A stretch of 64,000 bases of DNA from Octopus bimaculoides. Its lineage: Eukaryota. This document shows, piece by piece, positions 1 through 12,169 of the stretch; positions within the stretch are counted from its first letter, which is position 1; each line of letters begins with the position of its first letter. The stretch covers positions 8,328,359-8,392,358 of the forward strand of contig NC_068984.1 in assembly GCF_001194135.2 (NCBI RefSeq). The letters are read 5' to 3'. A model generated the notes under the pieces. It made no database searches, had not been told where the DNA came from, and saw nothing but the letters and a program-made list of their open reading frames with translations. The position numbers and the translations under genes were made by a program.

Positions 1-44
1 GTAGGTTAGAAGTGGCTGCATAGTGAAGTGATGGGCATCAGGAG

Positions 45-77
<33 letters not shown>

Positions 78-1658
78 GTGATGAAAATATTCTCAAATAC
101 GAATTATTTCTTTCTGTGATTTCATCTTCTGCCTCCACCAAACATCTGAAAATATGCAATATGCAAAAAGTATCGTAAATATTGTAATTTATCGAATTCA
201 GAAAACTTTTCATGTACAAGTAAATTACAGTACACACTCGTCCCTCCTTGTGGAGACAGGAGCTGAAGGCACACAAAATAAAAACATGTTTAAATCGTAT
301 TTCAGAGTAATTTCAGTTGCAATCTTTTAAAAGCTACTTGCAGAAAATGCAATGAAAACTGTATCTTATCGTTAATAGATATAGGTGTTTTTTTCCACTC
401 TTCCATTCTTCGATGCCTTTGTGGAAGCAGAAGGTATTGTCGCACAGTTGTAAGATTTTCCAGCAGTTATTTTGATGTCTATTCACAACTTTTCCGCATT
501 ACCCCCATCACGAAATAGAAATGGTGAAAAAAAGTTCCACGCTATAACACAGTGTGTCATTCACAGTAGTTTACAGACAAACTTAAACGCGTAGATATAG
601 TGATAGATAAAATATAATTATAATCAAATTACAGAAATAAGGAAAGAAATAGACAAAGAAAAAAGATGAAAAGAAGGACTATAGATTACAATTCTATGTT
701 CATGGTCAGATGATAAGTAGGAAGGAACAAACCGGAAGGACAAATCAAATTAAGCGTTTAACAATAATAAGGTGATAAAGTGATGCAGACGGACTATTTT
801 TGCACTTATCACTTTTTCCTTTGTTCTTTCTTCTTTTTTTTTTTTACGGACCTAAGTTACGTTCTGTTTTTCGCGACAAAACAACTGGATCCATTCTACA
901 CTCGAATCAACTTCTATTCGAAGTTAATTTATTACTGTCTGTCTTTTATACCAGTTTCTAAAAGAGCAATTAGAGAAATAATTGAGTGGGTATATCCACT
1001 CAACCCAGTATACATAAATTAAGCATGATAATTTATAATAATTATGTTTGTAGTACGAATTAATCATAATAAAGTACTAATCGGGTAAGTGTAATTTTTA
1101 TTATTTATTTACTAGTAGGTGGTTAAGCCCTTCCACCTGTTGTCCGTAGAGAGATAGGCCAAGTTGAAATTTAAAACCAAAAGACCAGCTATTGAGACCG
1201 TTAATCGGGGTATGATAACTAAATATATGAATGGGAAAATGAATGGTGTATGTTGTAAGTGGCCCCAAAACGCTTAGGGTAGTAAAAAATAGATTTTAAA
1301 AAACATAATAATAATAATATGGAATGAATGTGAAGAGAGGTACCTATTCTGATATTTAGGAAGTAAGGTGATTTATTTATTTATTTATTCAGGTGCATAC
1401 ATCCGATCATATACTCTTATCAACCATTACAAATTTTACATACACTTACATATGCACTCAAAGAATAGCAAAAGAATCTGATAAGGTGGACATTTCCTGC
1501 AAAACCACGAAATTTAAGGTCATGTGGAGGTGAGTCAAACTGCAATTAAAAGTAAATGTAACTCCAATTAAATGTATTTAGTACTACTTTATTTCGTATG
1601 TTCCCCCCCACACACACACACACAAGTAGACAAACACGTGTGTGCGTATATTGTTTTA

Positions 1659-1862
1659 TTCTTTTACTTGTTTCAGTCATTTGACTGCGGCCATGCAGGA
1701 GCACAACCTTTAGTCGAACAAGTCAACCCCAAGACTTATTTTTTGTAAGCTTTGTACTTCTATCGGTTTCTTTTGCCGGACCGCTGTTTTATGTGAACGT
1801 AAACACGAACATCGGTTGTCAAGTAATAGTGGGCGGATAAACACAGACACACAAATACATAC
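1659..1862 (-). mobile_element. SINE family A, 3' half (tRNA-headed SINE with internal microsatellite)
   Basis: TTTCAGTCATTTGACTGCGGCCATG...CATCGGTTGTCAAG block recurs at 34085, 41260 and 41568 and, reversed, at 5358, 22260 and 46690. Confidence 0.75.
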
Positions 1863-2254
1863 ATACCTATACACACACACATACGCACACGCACACAAAC
1901 ACACACACACACACACACANNNNNNNNNNNNNNNNNNNNNNNNNNNNNNNNNNNNNNNNNNNNNNNNNNNNNNNNNNNNNNNNNNNNNNNNNNNNNNNNN
2001 NNNNNNNNNNNNNNNNNNNNNNNNNNNNNNNNNNNNNNNNNNNNNNNNNNNNNNNNNNNNNNNNNNNNNNNNNNNNNNNNNNNNNNNNNNNNNNNNNNNN
2101 NNNNNNNNNNNNNNNTATATATATATATATAGATAGATAGATAGATATGTATATATATCACGGTACTAAGTTATTGACCAGAATATAGGATACTGTTATG
2201 CATCGCTGGTGACAATTCCCTGCGCATTGGTTTAGCCATAGAATGATGCCACGC

Positions 2255-2446
2255 TGTTGGCTTCATGATCAAGCTAACAATCCCCATCGGGTAACTCAAT
2301 CCGTTACAGGGTTACCCATTTTCAGATGAGTGGAGCAACGTCAAATGAAGTGTCTTGTTAAAGAAAACAACGCAGGTTGGGGAATCGAGTTAACGATCTA
2401 GTGATGTTGAGTTTAGCTCCATGAGCACTAGGCTAAGAATCTTCAA
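2255..2446 (-). mobile_element. tRNA-derived SINE family C, degenerate copy
   Basis: GAGTGGAGCAACGTCAAATGAAGTGTCTTG...GGAATCGAG matches the copies at 31752-32060 and 61545-61835. Confidence 0.6.
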
Positions 2447-3977
2447 ACACACATACATACGTGCGTGTGTGTGTGTGTGTGCGTGTGTGTGTGTATGTAT
2501 GTATGTATGTATGTATGTATGTATGCATGTATGTATGTGTGTATTTATGGATGTATTGCACAGTTCACAAATGCTGAGAAAGCATTTAAAATTCCAAGAG
2601 AGAATAGAAAATATTGTTTTAATTTATTCACAAATAAACAAACGCCGCCAGTCACTCTAACCATGATCACATGTGTTGTCATTTGGTTTGATGAGGCAAA
2701 AAAAAGGCAGATTCTTTTGTTGGCTTCACATCTGCCTTGAAATGTTATGGAAAACCGCCATTGGCAAAACAATTATAATGTTGTATAATTGATGGCGATA
2801 TTGATATTACATCATACGCTCTCATTGCATTCGATATCTCAATGTTAAGATAAGTTATAACTTGATTAGACATATTCCAATATGCAGTTAACTTTGGAAA
2901 TAATCTTTTCAAAAAATTAAACAGTATTTACTCGCTTCATTTATCAAAAGGATTCAGTTGTTTTGCAGTCTTTTGAATTTCATTTATTTTATTTTATTTA
3001 TGATTGTTTTTTGTATTTTTTCTCGAGACTGTTAAAACCCTTGTCATATTCTTCTGCATTAGACTGCTCGAGCGTGAATCGTTGCTCATTTTGCTGATGA
3101 AAATTGCCTATTCAGTAGAAATAGTCCTCATTATGTTGATAAGACTAGCAGAAATTACCATAGTAACAGTGAAATAACCTCAAATATTTATGCAAATGTA
3201 ATTAGCTTTCTAAAGAGGCCTAAAATGCAAAGCAAAATCTTTTTGGCGTGTTGAAACATTTTAGCAAGAATTAACAATTTCTTTGATCAATAACCATTTG
3301 GATGAAATTAAACAAAACAAAAAACGCAAAGAATATAAACAAGTTTAGAAAAATTAAGAATTCTGATCAACAAAAGTTTTAGAAAGTAATGGAATCTGCA
3401 TAAAAATTGGGTTTAATTGATGGTTTGTTTATTTATTATAGCAACCAATTAAGAAGTAAGAAAACATTATCTATTTCTGTTTTAATGTTTATCAATGTCT
3501 ACTTGAGTTGATGTTAAATTTATATAAATGTCTATACGAAGATGAGTTGTACTAAACTATGCACATTTTGTAGACATTAACACTACACTGGTCATTTGAA
3601 ATCTAGTTACATAAACTATTAACGTTTATTCAGAGTTAAGTGTCCTATATTCTATAGTTAACGGATCATAAGTTTATTACGTATAGACCAACAGTAAAAT
3701 AATCATGTGGTACCTATCTATAAATGCCGATTCAGCTTTAATGATGAGAATATAAGAGAGAAGACAAATATTTCTTTGTAATATGGTGATGACGTAAACT
3801 TGAGCTTTTACAAATAGCAGCCAACTGTACCAAAATCACATGCTTCAATTTTGAGGAATAGGGTGGAAGACATATTAAATAATGAGGCTATGAATATACA
3901 AAAAGCAGCGACGGCCACAACCAGAAGGTATTTAAACAGTTTGTAATTTTTGTTTATCTTCTAATGAAGAAGAAATG

Positions 3978-4637
3978 CGGGGCCCCTGGTAATAGAAAAA
4001 CTGGTAATAGAAAAAGAGAAATGAAGCGCGGGGCCCCTGGTAATAGAAAAAGAGAAATGAAGCGCGGGGCCCCTGGTAATAGAAAAACTGGTAATAGAAA
4101 NNNNNNNNNNNNNNNNNNNNNNNNNNNNNNNNNNNNNNNNNNNNNNNNNNNNNNNNNNNNNNNNNNNNNNNNNNNNNNNNNNNNNNNNNNNNNNNNNNNN
4201 NNNNNNNNNNNNNNNNNNNNNNNNNNNNNNNNNNNNNNNNNNNNNNNNNNNNNNNNNNNNNNNNNNNNNNNNNNNNNNNNNNNNNNNNNNNNNNNNNNNN
4301 NNNNNNNNNNNNNNNNNNNNNNNNNNNNNNNNNNNNNNNNNNNNNNNNNNNNNNNNNNNNNNNNNNNNNNNNNNNNNNNNNNNNNNNNNNNNNNNNNNNN
4401 NNNNNNNNNNNNNNNNNNNNNNNNNNNNNNNNNNNNNNNNNNNNNNNNNNNNNNNNNNNNNNNNNNNNNNNNNNNNNNNNNNNNNNNNNNNGGTAATAGA
4501 AAAACTGGTAATAGAAAAAGAGAAATGAAGCGCGGGGCCCCTGGTAATAGAAAAACTGGTAATAGAAAAAGAGAAATGAAGCGCGGGGCCCCTGGTAATA
4601 GAAAAACTGGTAATAGAAAAAGAGAGATGAAGCCCAA
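3978..4637. repeat. Minisatellite with 36-bp and 51-bp units, interrupted by an N-gap
   Basis: ATGAAGCGCGGGGCCCCTGGTAATAGAAAAAGAGAA (36 bp) with an optional extra 15-bp CTGGTAATAGAAAAA subunit, seen on both sides of the gap at 4101-4491. Confidence 0.9.
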
Positions 4638-4639
4638 TT

Positions 4640-4843
4640 AGAAGACATGACCTGAATGCTTGAAACAAAATGGAGCCCGTGAAAAGCATGTAAGACGCAA
4701 ATTTGTGGGGTTAAACAGAGGAATGGATTAAAGCTGCCACCCCCAAGTAGGCGCTGGCGGTATTTGAACTCAGAATAAAAGAACTCAGACAAATACCACA
4801 AGCCATCCAGTCAGACGTCCCTACACTTCAGCCAGACGGTTAT
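4640..4843 (-). mobile_element. SINE-like element with a family-B-related head, abutting the minisatellite
   Basis: Minus strand GCTTGTGGTATTTGTCTGAGTTCTTTTATTCTGAGTTCAAATACCGCC resembles the family B head and B-box. Confidence 0.45.
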
Positions 4844-4943
4844 TTTTTTTTATGAATATTTCGCGGTACATCTTCCATTTCGCAGCAATACATATTTCAT
4901 GAAATCCGTATATACAGCGGTTATTTTTGTAATTATAGGAACA

Positions 4944-5013
4944 AGTACGGCTGTCTGGTAAGAGGTATGCTTCGCAACCACGTAGTTCCGGGTTCAGTCT
5001 CACTGTGTGGCAG
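4944..5013 (+). mobile_element. SINE family A head fragment
   Basis: GGCTGTCTGGTAAG...GGGTTCAGTCTCACTG; A-box/B-box-like, homologous to the 5155 copy. Confidence 0.55.
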
Positions 5014-5154
5014 TTAAATTTTTTCTATTGTAGTCTCGGTTTGACCGTATAGAAATAGATATAAACAAATATATATATTTATACATGTCCGAATACCGCC
5101 AGCGCCTAATGACAGAAGCACGTAGCAGATAAAAGCCAGAGACAATATTAAAGA

Positions 5155-5321
5155 ATGGCTCAGGAGTGTCCGTGTGGTAAGTAGCTCACTTACCAACCAC
5201 AAAGTTTCGGGTCCAATCCCACTGCGTGGTACCTTGGGCAAGTGTCTTCTACTATAGCCTCGGGCCAACCAAAGCCTTGTGAGTGGATTTGGTAGATGGA
5301 AACTGAAAGTACCCTGTCGTA

Positions 5322-5362
<41 letters not shown>

Positions 5363-5475
5363 CAGCTAAAGAGATCGATAGAATAAGTACTAGGCTTACA
5401 AAGAATAACTCCTGCGGTCGATTAATGGCGGTGATCCAACAAATGAACGAAACAAATAAAAGAACAAAAGAATAA
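5155..5475 (+). mobile_element. SINE family A: tRNA head, (TA)n, partly deleted tail
   Basis: A/B-box-like head, ACCTTGGGCAAGTGTCTTCTACTATAGCCTCGGG body, internal (TA)n, then the GATAGAATAAGTACTAGGCTTACAAAG tail. Confidence 0.8.
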
Positions 5476-5774
5476 AAGAATGATTAAATAGTAATAATTA
5501 ATAATAAAGAAGTAGAAATAATTAAAAAAAAATGAGGTGGTACGAAATAAGGAAAGATTCCAAATATTCTTTTGTTGAAGGCAATGCCGTTGAATGAAAG
5601 AAAATGAAGTGTTCCTTTGTCACTTGAATAACTGTCTTTAATATATGTCAAAGCCCCGAGCTTTTAGGGTAAATATGGAGTTAGTTAAGACATGAGACCG
5701 GGGAGAAAAATCCATCTCCGTGTCTCTCATACCATCTTGCTTTCGATAATTACTTGTTCGTTCTGCATTTATTT

Positions 5775-5980
5775 CAAGGCCAGTAATTTCGAAGGAGGAG
5801 GTAACTCGATTACATCAACCCCGTTGCTCAACTAGCATTCATTTTATTGATCACGATAAAAAACAATGAAAGGCTAAGTCGACATCGGCAGAACTTGAAA
5901 TCCGAATATCAAGAACTGGATGAAACTCTGCTAAGCATTTTGTCCCACGATCTACCAATTCAGCCAGCTCGCCGCCGTTA
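5775..5980 (-). mobile_element. SINE family B, degenerate copy
   Basis: ATGAAAGGCTAAGTCGACATCGGCAGAACTTGAAATCC...GCCAGCTCGCCGCC is the reverse complement of the family B pattern seen many times in the window. Confidence 0.65.
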
Positions 5981-6459
5981 TAGCTTCCATAATTTGCTAC
6001 GTATCTTAGTCGGGTATACTGATGTTCCAGGAATAACCATTGAGATACATTACAGGGAAGACAACTGTAAATTTGATATGAATACAGATTCTGTCTCTAA
6101 CGCTAAGCTCCGTCCATATTGTTATACTGTAACAAAGAAACATCACCCTCCAAGTTTAATTCTAACATTGAAAGAATTTAAATTGTTGCACAGTTTTCTC
6201 GTTCTGGGGCTTCTTCATTAGAATCTGTCTTCCTAAAAGGATTATTCGTTTTGCTAATGATTTAACCCGACTGAGAAGCTGTGGTGATTGCTTGGCAATA
6301 CATCAACGGAAGAGGATAAAGATGTCAAAGAAAGACAAATGTAAACGAAAGAATTATAATACAGAGAATAACGAAGCTTGAGGATGGTGAAATTGAAGGG
6401 GAATGGGAGAAGTAAGAATACAACTACTACTGCTACTACTACTTCTAATAAAAATAATA

Positions 6460-6562
6460 AGAAGAAGAAGAAGAAGAGAAAGAAGAAGAAGAAGAAGAAG
6501 AAGAAGAAGAAGAAGAAGAAGAAGAAGAAGAAGAAGAAGAAGAAGAAGAAGAAGGGGGAGAA

Positions 6563-6597
<35 letters not shown>

Positions 6598-6780
6598 AGA
6601 AAGGGGAGAAGAGGAAGAAGAAGAAGAAAAAGATAAAAGAAGAAGAAGAAGAAGAAGAAGAAGAAGAAGAAGAAGAAGAAGAAGAAGAAGAAGAAGAAGA
6701 AGACGAAGAAGAAAAAGAAGAAGAAGAAGAAGAAGAAGAAGAAGAAGAAGAAGAAGAAGAAGAAGAAGAAGAAGAAGACG
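6460..6780. repeat. (GAA)n microsatellite, about 320 bp
   Basis: Near-pure AAG repeat; explains the poly-K/E/R/S/F/L ORFs in the track. Confidence 0.95.
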
Positions 6781-7547
6781 ATGACAATGTCGACGAAAAC
6801 GACGTCGGCGATGGTGACCGACTATGAAAATGTGTAGCATTCCATGTTATCGCTGATCGATATCAAGTGAGTTAGNNNNNNNNNNNNNNNNNNNNNNNNN
6901 NNNNNNNNNNNNNNNNNNNNNNNNNNNNNNNNNNNNNNNNNNNNNNNNNNNNNNNNNNNNNNNNNNNNNNNNNNNNNNNNNNNNNNNNNNNNNNNNNNNN
7001 NNNNNNNNNNNNNNNNNNNNNNNNNNNNNNNNNNNNNNNNNNNNNNNNNNNNNNNNNNNNNNNNNNNNNNNNNNNNNNNNNNNNNNNNNNNNNNNNNNNN
7101 NNNNNNNNNNNNNNNNNNNNNNNNNNNNNNNNNNNNNNNNNNNNNNNNNNNNNNNNNNNNNNNNNNNNNNNNNNNNNNNNNNNNNNNNNNNNNNNNNNNN
7201 NNNNNNNNNNNNNNNNNNNNNNNNNNNNNNNNNNNNNNNNNNNNNNNNNNNNNNNNNNNNNNNNNNNNNNNNNNNNNNNNNNNNNNNNNNNNNNNNNNNN
7301 NNNNNNNNNNNNNNNNNNNNNNNNNNNNNNNNNNNNNNNNNNNNNNNNNNNNNNNNNNNNNNNNNNNNNNNNNNNNNNNNNNNNNNNNNNNNNNNNNNNN
7401 NNNNNNNNNNNNNNNNNNNNNNNNNNNNNNNNNNNNNNNNNNNNNNNNNNNNNNNNNNNNNNNNNNNNNNNNNNNNNNNNNNNNNNNNNNNNNNNNNNNN
7501 NNNNNNNNNNNNNNNNNNNNATATAAATATAAATAAGGTGGTCTGGA

Positions 7548-7739
7548 AGAAACGTTAGCACACGGGACGACATGCTTAGCGGTATTTCGTTTGCCTTTAC
7601 GTTCTGAGTTCAAGTTCTGCCGAGGTCGACTTTCATCTTTTCGGCGTTGATAAATTAAGTACCAGTTGCGTAATGGGGTCGATCTTATCGACTGGCCTCT
7701 TCCCCAGAAACTTCGGGCCTCGTCCCTAGAGCAGAAAAG

Positions 7740-7740
<1 letters not shown>
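7548..7740 (+). mobile_element. SINE family B
   Basis: GAAACGTTAGCAC...TTCTGAGTTCAAG...GAGGTCGACTTT...GATAAATTAAGTACCAG...AGAAAAGA. Confidence 0.8.
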
Positions 7741-7779
<39 letters not shown>

Positions 7780-9314
7780 ATACATATTTTTTATATACAT
7801 ACATGCTTACATTCCTACATTCACAACTATATACGTAACTAAATGCACTAACAAACATACACAATAAAAAATGCAGCAGACTATCGCACCATTGCGCGCA
7901 TAGAACTACATGCAAGCACATACATGATCAATTTGGCACACTCCATGTATGCATAAACATATACACACACAGTTATATCAATACACACGCATTCATAGCT
8001 ACCTACAAGCAGCCATACATGTTACTAATGTAGGTGTGAATGTACGTGAAGAAAAACGTTTCAGTTTTCCAAAACCTGTTTATGTCGTGTTTGATATTGT
8101 AACTGGTGAAAATTGAATTTTTCCTTATCTGCCTTGAAGAACCATGGTCAAGCAAAACGATTGGTCAGCTCAACGTTGTTATGGTTGGTAAGTAATCCTT
8201 ACGCAGACGAATCTTATTTCTGTCCTCTCTGCTCACCCAAGCGCAGCATACAGGGTAAGGGGCGAAAAGCCTTCACGACAGGAAAGGCGCTTGAAACATC
8301 GCGATGAATGCAGAAGTATTTCGCAAAACTTGTGAGTTGGTACTTTAGATTCGGTGAGGGGCAAAAATCTGATAGTTGCTCCACTTATGTTATATTGATC
8401 ACTATTATTCGTAAAGCATTATATATATATATATATATNNNNNNNNNNNNNNNNNNNNNNNNNNNNNNNNNNNNNNNNNNNNNNNNNNNNNNNNNNNNNN
8501 NNNNNNNNNNNNNNNNNNNNNNNNNNNNNNNNNNNNNNNNNNNNNNNNNNNNNNNNNNNNNNNNNNNNNNNNNNNNNNNNNNNNNNNNNNNNNNNNNNNN
8601 NNNNNNNNNNNNNNNNNNNNNNNNNNNNNNNNNNNNNNNNNNNNNNNNNNNNNNNNNNNNNNNNNNNNNNNNNNNNNNNNNNNNNNNNNNNNNNNNNNNN
8701 NNNNNNNNNNNNNNNNNNNNNNNNNNNNNNNNNNNNNNNNNNNNNNNNNNNNNNNNNNNNNNNNNNNNNNNNNNNNNNNNNNNNNNNNNNNNNNNNNNNN
8801 NNNNNNNNNNNNNNNNNNNNNNNNNNNNNNNNNNNNNNNNNNNNNNNNNNNNNNNNNNNNNNNNNNNNNNNNNNNNNNNNNNNNNNNNNNNNNNNNNNNN
8901 NNNNNNNNNNNNNNNNNNNNNNNNNNNNNNNNNNNNNNNNNNNNNNNNNNNNNNNNNNNNNNNNNNNNNNNNNNNNNNNNNNNNNNNNNNNNNNNNNNNN
9001 NNNNNNNNNNNNNNNNNNNNNNNNNNNNNNNNNNNNNNNNNNNNNNNNNNNNNNNNNNNNNNNNNNNNNNNNNNNNNNNNNNNNNNNNNNNNNNNNNNNN
9101 NNNNNNNNNNNNNNNNNNNNNNNNNNNNNNNNNNNNNNNNNNNNNNNNNNNNNNNNNNNNNNNNNNNNNNNNNNNNNNNNNNNNNNNNNNNNNNNNNNNN
9201 NNNNNNNNNNNNNNNNNNNNNNNNNNNNNNNNNNNNNNNNNNNNNNNNNNNNNNNNNNNNNNNNNNNNNNNNNNNNNNNNNNNNNNNNNNNNNNNNNNNN
9301 NNNNNNNNNNNNNN

Positions 9315-9365
<51 letters not shown>

Positions 9366-9718
9366 ATAAGGATAATATACGGCACGTTGGATGTACTGGT
9401 GTAAAATGTTTCTCTGATGTCGCTGCTGTGGAGATAGATGATATCGTTAAACGTTAGCATGTGCTTTTGTATGGAAACATATTTGTATGCATAAGTGAGT
9501 CTGTGTGACTGACTGGTAATTTGGTTACCCTAATTCTCCCCGTTCATTTCTCTCTCCCTCTCTTTCTGAGACAATCACACACACACCCAAATTCACATGC
9601 ACACACATAGAGATAAATGCACATATTCGCGCAGCACACGTATGCTCATACAAAACACATGAGTTGACATATGTTCGTAAATAAATTGAATTAGTTTCGA
9701 TCGAAATGTAGACCATAT

Positions 9719-9832
9719 TCTTCTTCTTCTTCTTCTTCTTCTTCTTCTTCTTCTTCTTCTTCTTCTTCTTCTTCTTCTTCTACTTCTTTTTTTTTCTTCT
9801 TCTTCTTCTTCTTCTTCTTCTTCTTCTTCTTC
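9719..9832. repeat. (CTT)n microsatellite
   Basis: Direct reading. Confidence 0.95.
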
Positions 9833-9907
9833 TCCACTTGTCCCACTTCCACACCTCCTCCCCCACTTCCTCTTCTTTCATTATGTCACTTTTCTTCTTT
9901 AACCTTG

Positions 9908-10193
9908 TAGACGTGGTTCTGTGGTAAGAAATTTGCTTCCCAAGTACGTGGTTTCTCGTTCAACCCTACTGTAAAGTAGTAGGTTGCTTGAGTAGGTGTT
10001 TTCTACTAAGGCCTCGATCACGACGGGCGAAATGATTAGCAGTATTTCATCTGTCTTTACGATCTGATTACAAATTCCTCTCAAGTCGACTTTGCTTTTC
10101 ATCCTTTCGGGGTCGAAAAATTAAGAACCAGTTGCGTACTGGGGTCGATCTAATCGACTGGCCCCCTTCCCAAAAATTTCTGGCCTTATGCCT
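9908..10193 (+). mobile_element. SINE A head fragment followed by a SINE B copy
   Basis: Family A head (9908-10016) joins the family B body CACGACGGGCGAAATGATTAGC at about 10017. Confidence 0.6.
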
Positions 10194-10701
10194 NNNNNNN
10201 NNNNNNNNNNNNNNNNNNNNNNNNNNNNNNNNNNNNNNNNNNNNNNNNNNNNNNNNNNNNNNNNNNNNNNNNNNNNNNNNNNNNNNNNNNNNNNNNNNNN
10301 NNNNNNNNNNNNNNNNNNNNNNNNNNNNNNNNNNNNNNNNNNNNNNNNNNNNNNNNNNNNNNNNNNNNNNNNNNNNNNNNNNNNNNNNNNNNNNNNNNNN
10401 NNNNNNNNNNNNNNNNNNNNNNNNNNNNNNNNNNNNNNNNNNNNNNNNNNNNNNNNNNNNNNNNNNNNNNNNNNNNNNNNNNNNNNNNNNNNNNNNNNNN
10501 NNNNNNNNNNNNNNNNNNNNNNNNNNNNNNNNNNNNNNNNNNNNNNNNNNNNNNNNNNNNNNNNNNNNNNNNNNNNNNNNNNNNNNNNNNNNNNNNNNNN
10601 NNNNNNNNNNNNNNNNNNNNNNNNNNNNNNNNNNNNNNNNNATATCGTTTGTAAAAATACATAGATCCGAAAGAAGAAACACACTCTAAGATGTAGACCA
10701 G

Positions 10702-11002
10702 TATATATTAAAAATGGGGAATGCCGGTTTATGGGATTACCCTAGGTTTCCCGTCCATAAAGTGTTTACCTATATGGCGTATCGTCATATCCGAAAATCT
10801 TGTTGGCCCATTACCTCTTAAAAATATTCCTAAGAAGTCATGGTCTCACGGGATGTTTGGGGTCTGATGATACGGCATAAAGCTATTAAGAGATCATGAC
10901 CAACACGCATTTGGGATCTGACGATAAGCCATAAAGCTAAACTCATCTTGGACGGGAAACCTAAGGTAATTCCGTAAACCGGCGTTCTCCATTTTTAATA
11001 TA
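10702..11002. mobile_element. MITE-like element with about 95-bp imperfect terminal inverted repeats
   Basis: TATATTAAAAATGGGGAATGCCGGTTTATGGGATTACCCTAGGTTTCCCGTCCA pairs with TGGACGGGAAACCTAAGGTAATTCCGTAAACCGGCGTTCTCCATTTTTAATATA; TA-rich ends. Confidence 0.75.
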
Positions 11003-11059
11003 CATATATGACGGCCGTCCACTTGTAACCGAGGAAGACCATTGCTGACCTTCAGTAAC

Positions 11060-11520
11060 ATTGTGCGCTCTGGGACTAAATTATATTTTGTATTTGCGAC
11101 TCCGTTGGTCGCTAATGAGCCCTACTCTCGACAAGCAGACACGACTGCAAACATTGCAGACCAAGCTTTCCCCATTCACTAAACCGGCAGTGCGCTTTCG
11201 AGCAGCACGCTTAAGTTCTTCATGCAGAATACGTGCTCTTTCAAAAGTGTCGACCCCCTCTTTAACGTGCTTCCTCCATCTGTGGCGATGACAGGGATTG
11301 TGCTCTTTCAAATGTGTCGACCCCCTCTTTAACGTGCTTCCTCCATTTGTGGCGATGACAGGATTGTTCTCCCAGTCAGTCTCTTGCATATCACAGGCCT
11401 TTTATGAGGACATGACACAGTCCTTAAATCGCAGCCTTGGTTTCTGCCGGGGTCACTTTCCATTCACAAGTTCTCCATATGGCATCTGCCTAGGGATTCA
11501 GCTATCCTTCATTCTGATAA
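11060..11520 (-). pseudogene. RTE-clade LINE 3' remnant (post-RT region and C-terminal C2H2-like finger)
   Basis: Broken translation IPRQMPYGELVNG..RQKPRLRFKD...HRWRKHVKEGVDTFERAR..LKRAARK...CNVCSRVCLSRVGLISDQR fits the RTE pattern RLPKxLLYGEL..CxxCxRxCxSRIGLxSH. Confidence 0.75.
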
Positions 11521-11521
11521 G

Positions 11522-11565
<44 letters not shown>

Positions 11566-12112
11566 CAAATCGAGTAGTCACATCAAAGTGTTAGATGAAT
11601 GTTACGACTAGTTTAACTCCAGGCAGATCCTCCACCAGCTGCTTTTCGGCGCAAGTTCTGCATCGTTTATGTACAATACATCACTAGCAGTGATAGCGAA
11701 CCCTTACTACCCACCAACAGATGACACGATCGCATCACCTGCCGCTTTCCAGCTGTTTGGCTCACGTCTGCCGCGTGCACCTAGAGTGATAGCTAAGATC
11801 CGCTTCTGCCAGCGATATATTGTAAACAAAGTGACCTTAGGTTACTGATTTGCACTTGACTTGACTTCATAATGGAAATTTTCATTGAATGGTTTCATTT
11901 TGTAGCTACGGACAGCCATATCATTCAGCCCATAAGATAGTTTTTATGATTTTATTTTACACATAAGAAAGATGTGTGTGATATTATTCTACACATAAGA
12001 TATTATTCAACACATCAGAAAGATGTGTGTGAAGCGTTTTTAAGAGAGAATATGCCTTGCAGAGGAACAACTGTACTCTCATATTACGGAGACGCATGTA
12101 TTAGAGCATGCT

Positions 12113-12169
<57 letters not shown>

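Noticed and set aside
1104-1140. ACTAG next to an AGGTGG/CCACCT hairpin, like a Helitron 3' end
   Set aside because: The hairpin is too close to CTAG and no matching 5'-TC end was found.
1473-1526. CTGATAA-GGTGG...CCAC-GAA-ATTTAAGGT-C hammerhead-like string
   Set aside because: C3-A8 mismatch, poor stem I and a wobble-dependent stem III; not distinguishable from chance by eye.
3088-3135. CTGATGA...GAAATAGTC hammerhead-like core
   Set aside because: The core and GUC are present, but stem I does not pair and the base of stem II is mismatched; at best a decayed relic.
3978-4637. Repeat array as a possible CRISPR
   Set aside because: There are no unique spacers, the context is eukaryotic and no cas genes are present.
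5155-5230. tRNA-like sequences as tRNA genes (also 17296, 51810, 61770)
   Set aside because: They lack complete cloverleaves and continue into repeat bodies; they are SINE heads.
6254-6840. Long poly-K/E/R/S/F ORFs
   Set aside because: Translations of a (GAA)n microsatellite. The same applies to the CVCV, THTH, YIYI, poly-N/I/Y/D and X-filled ORFs throughout the track.
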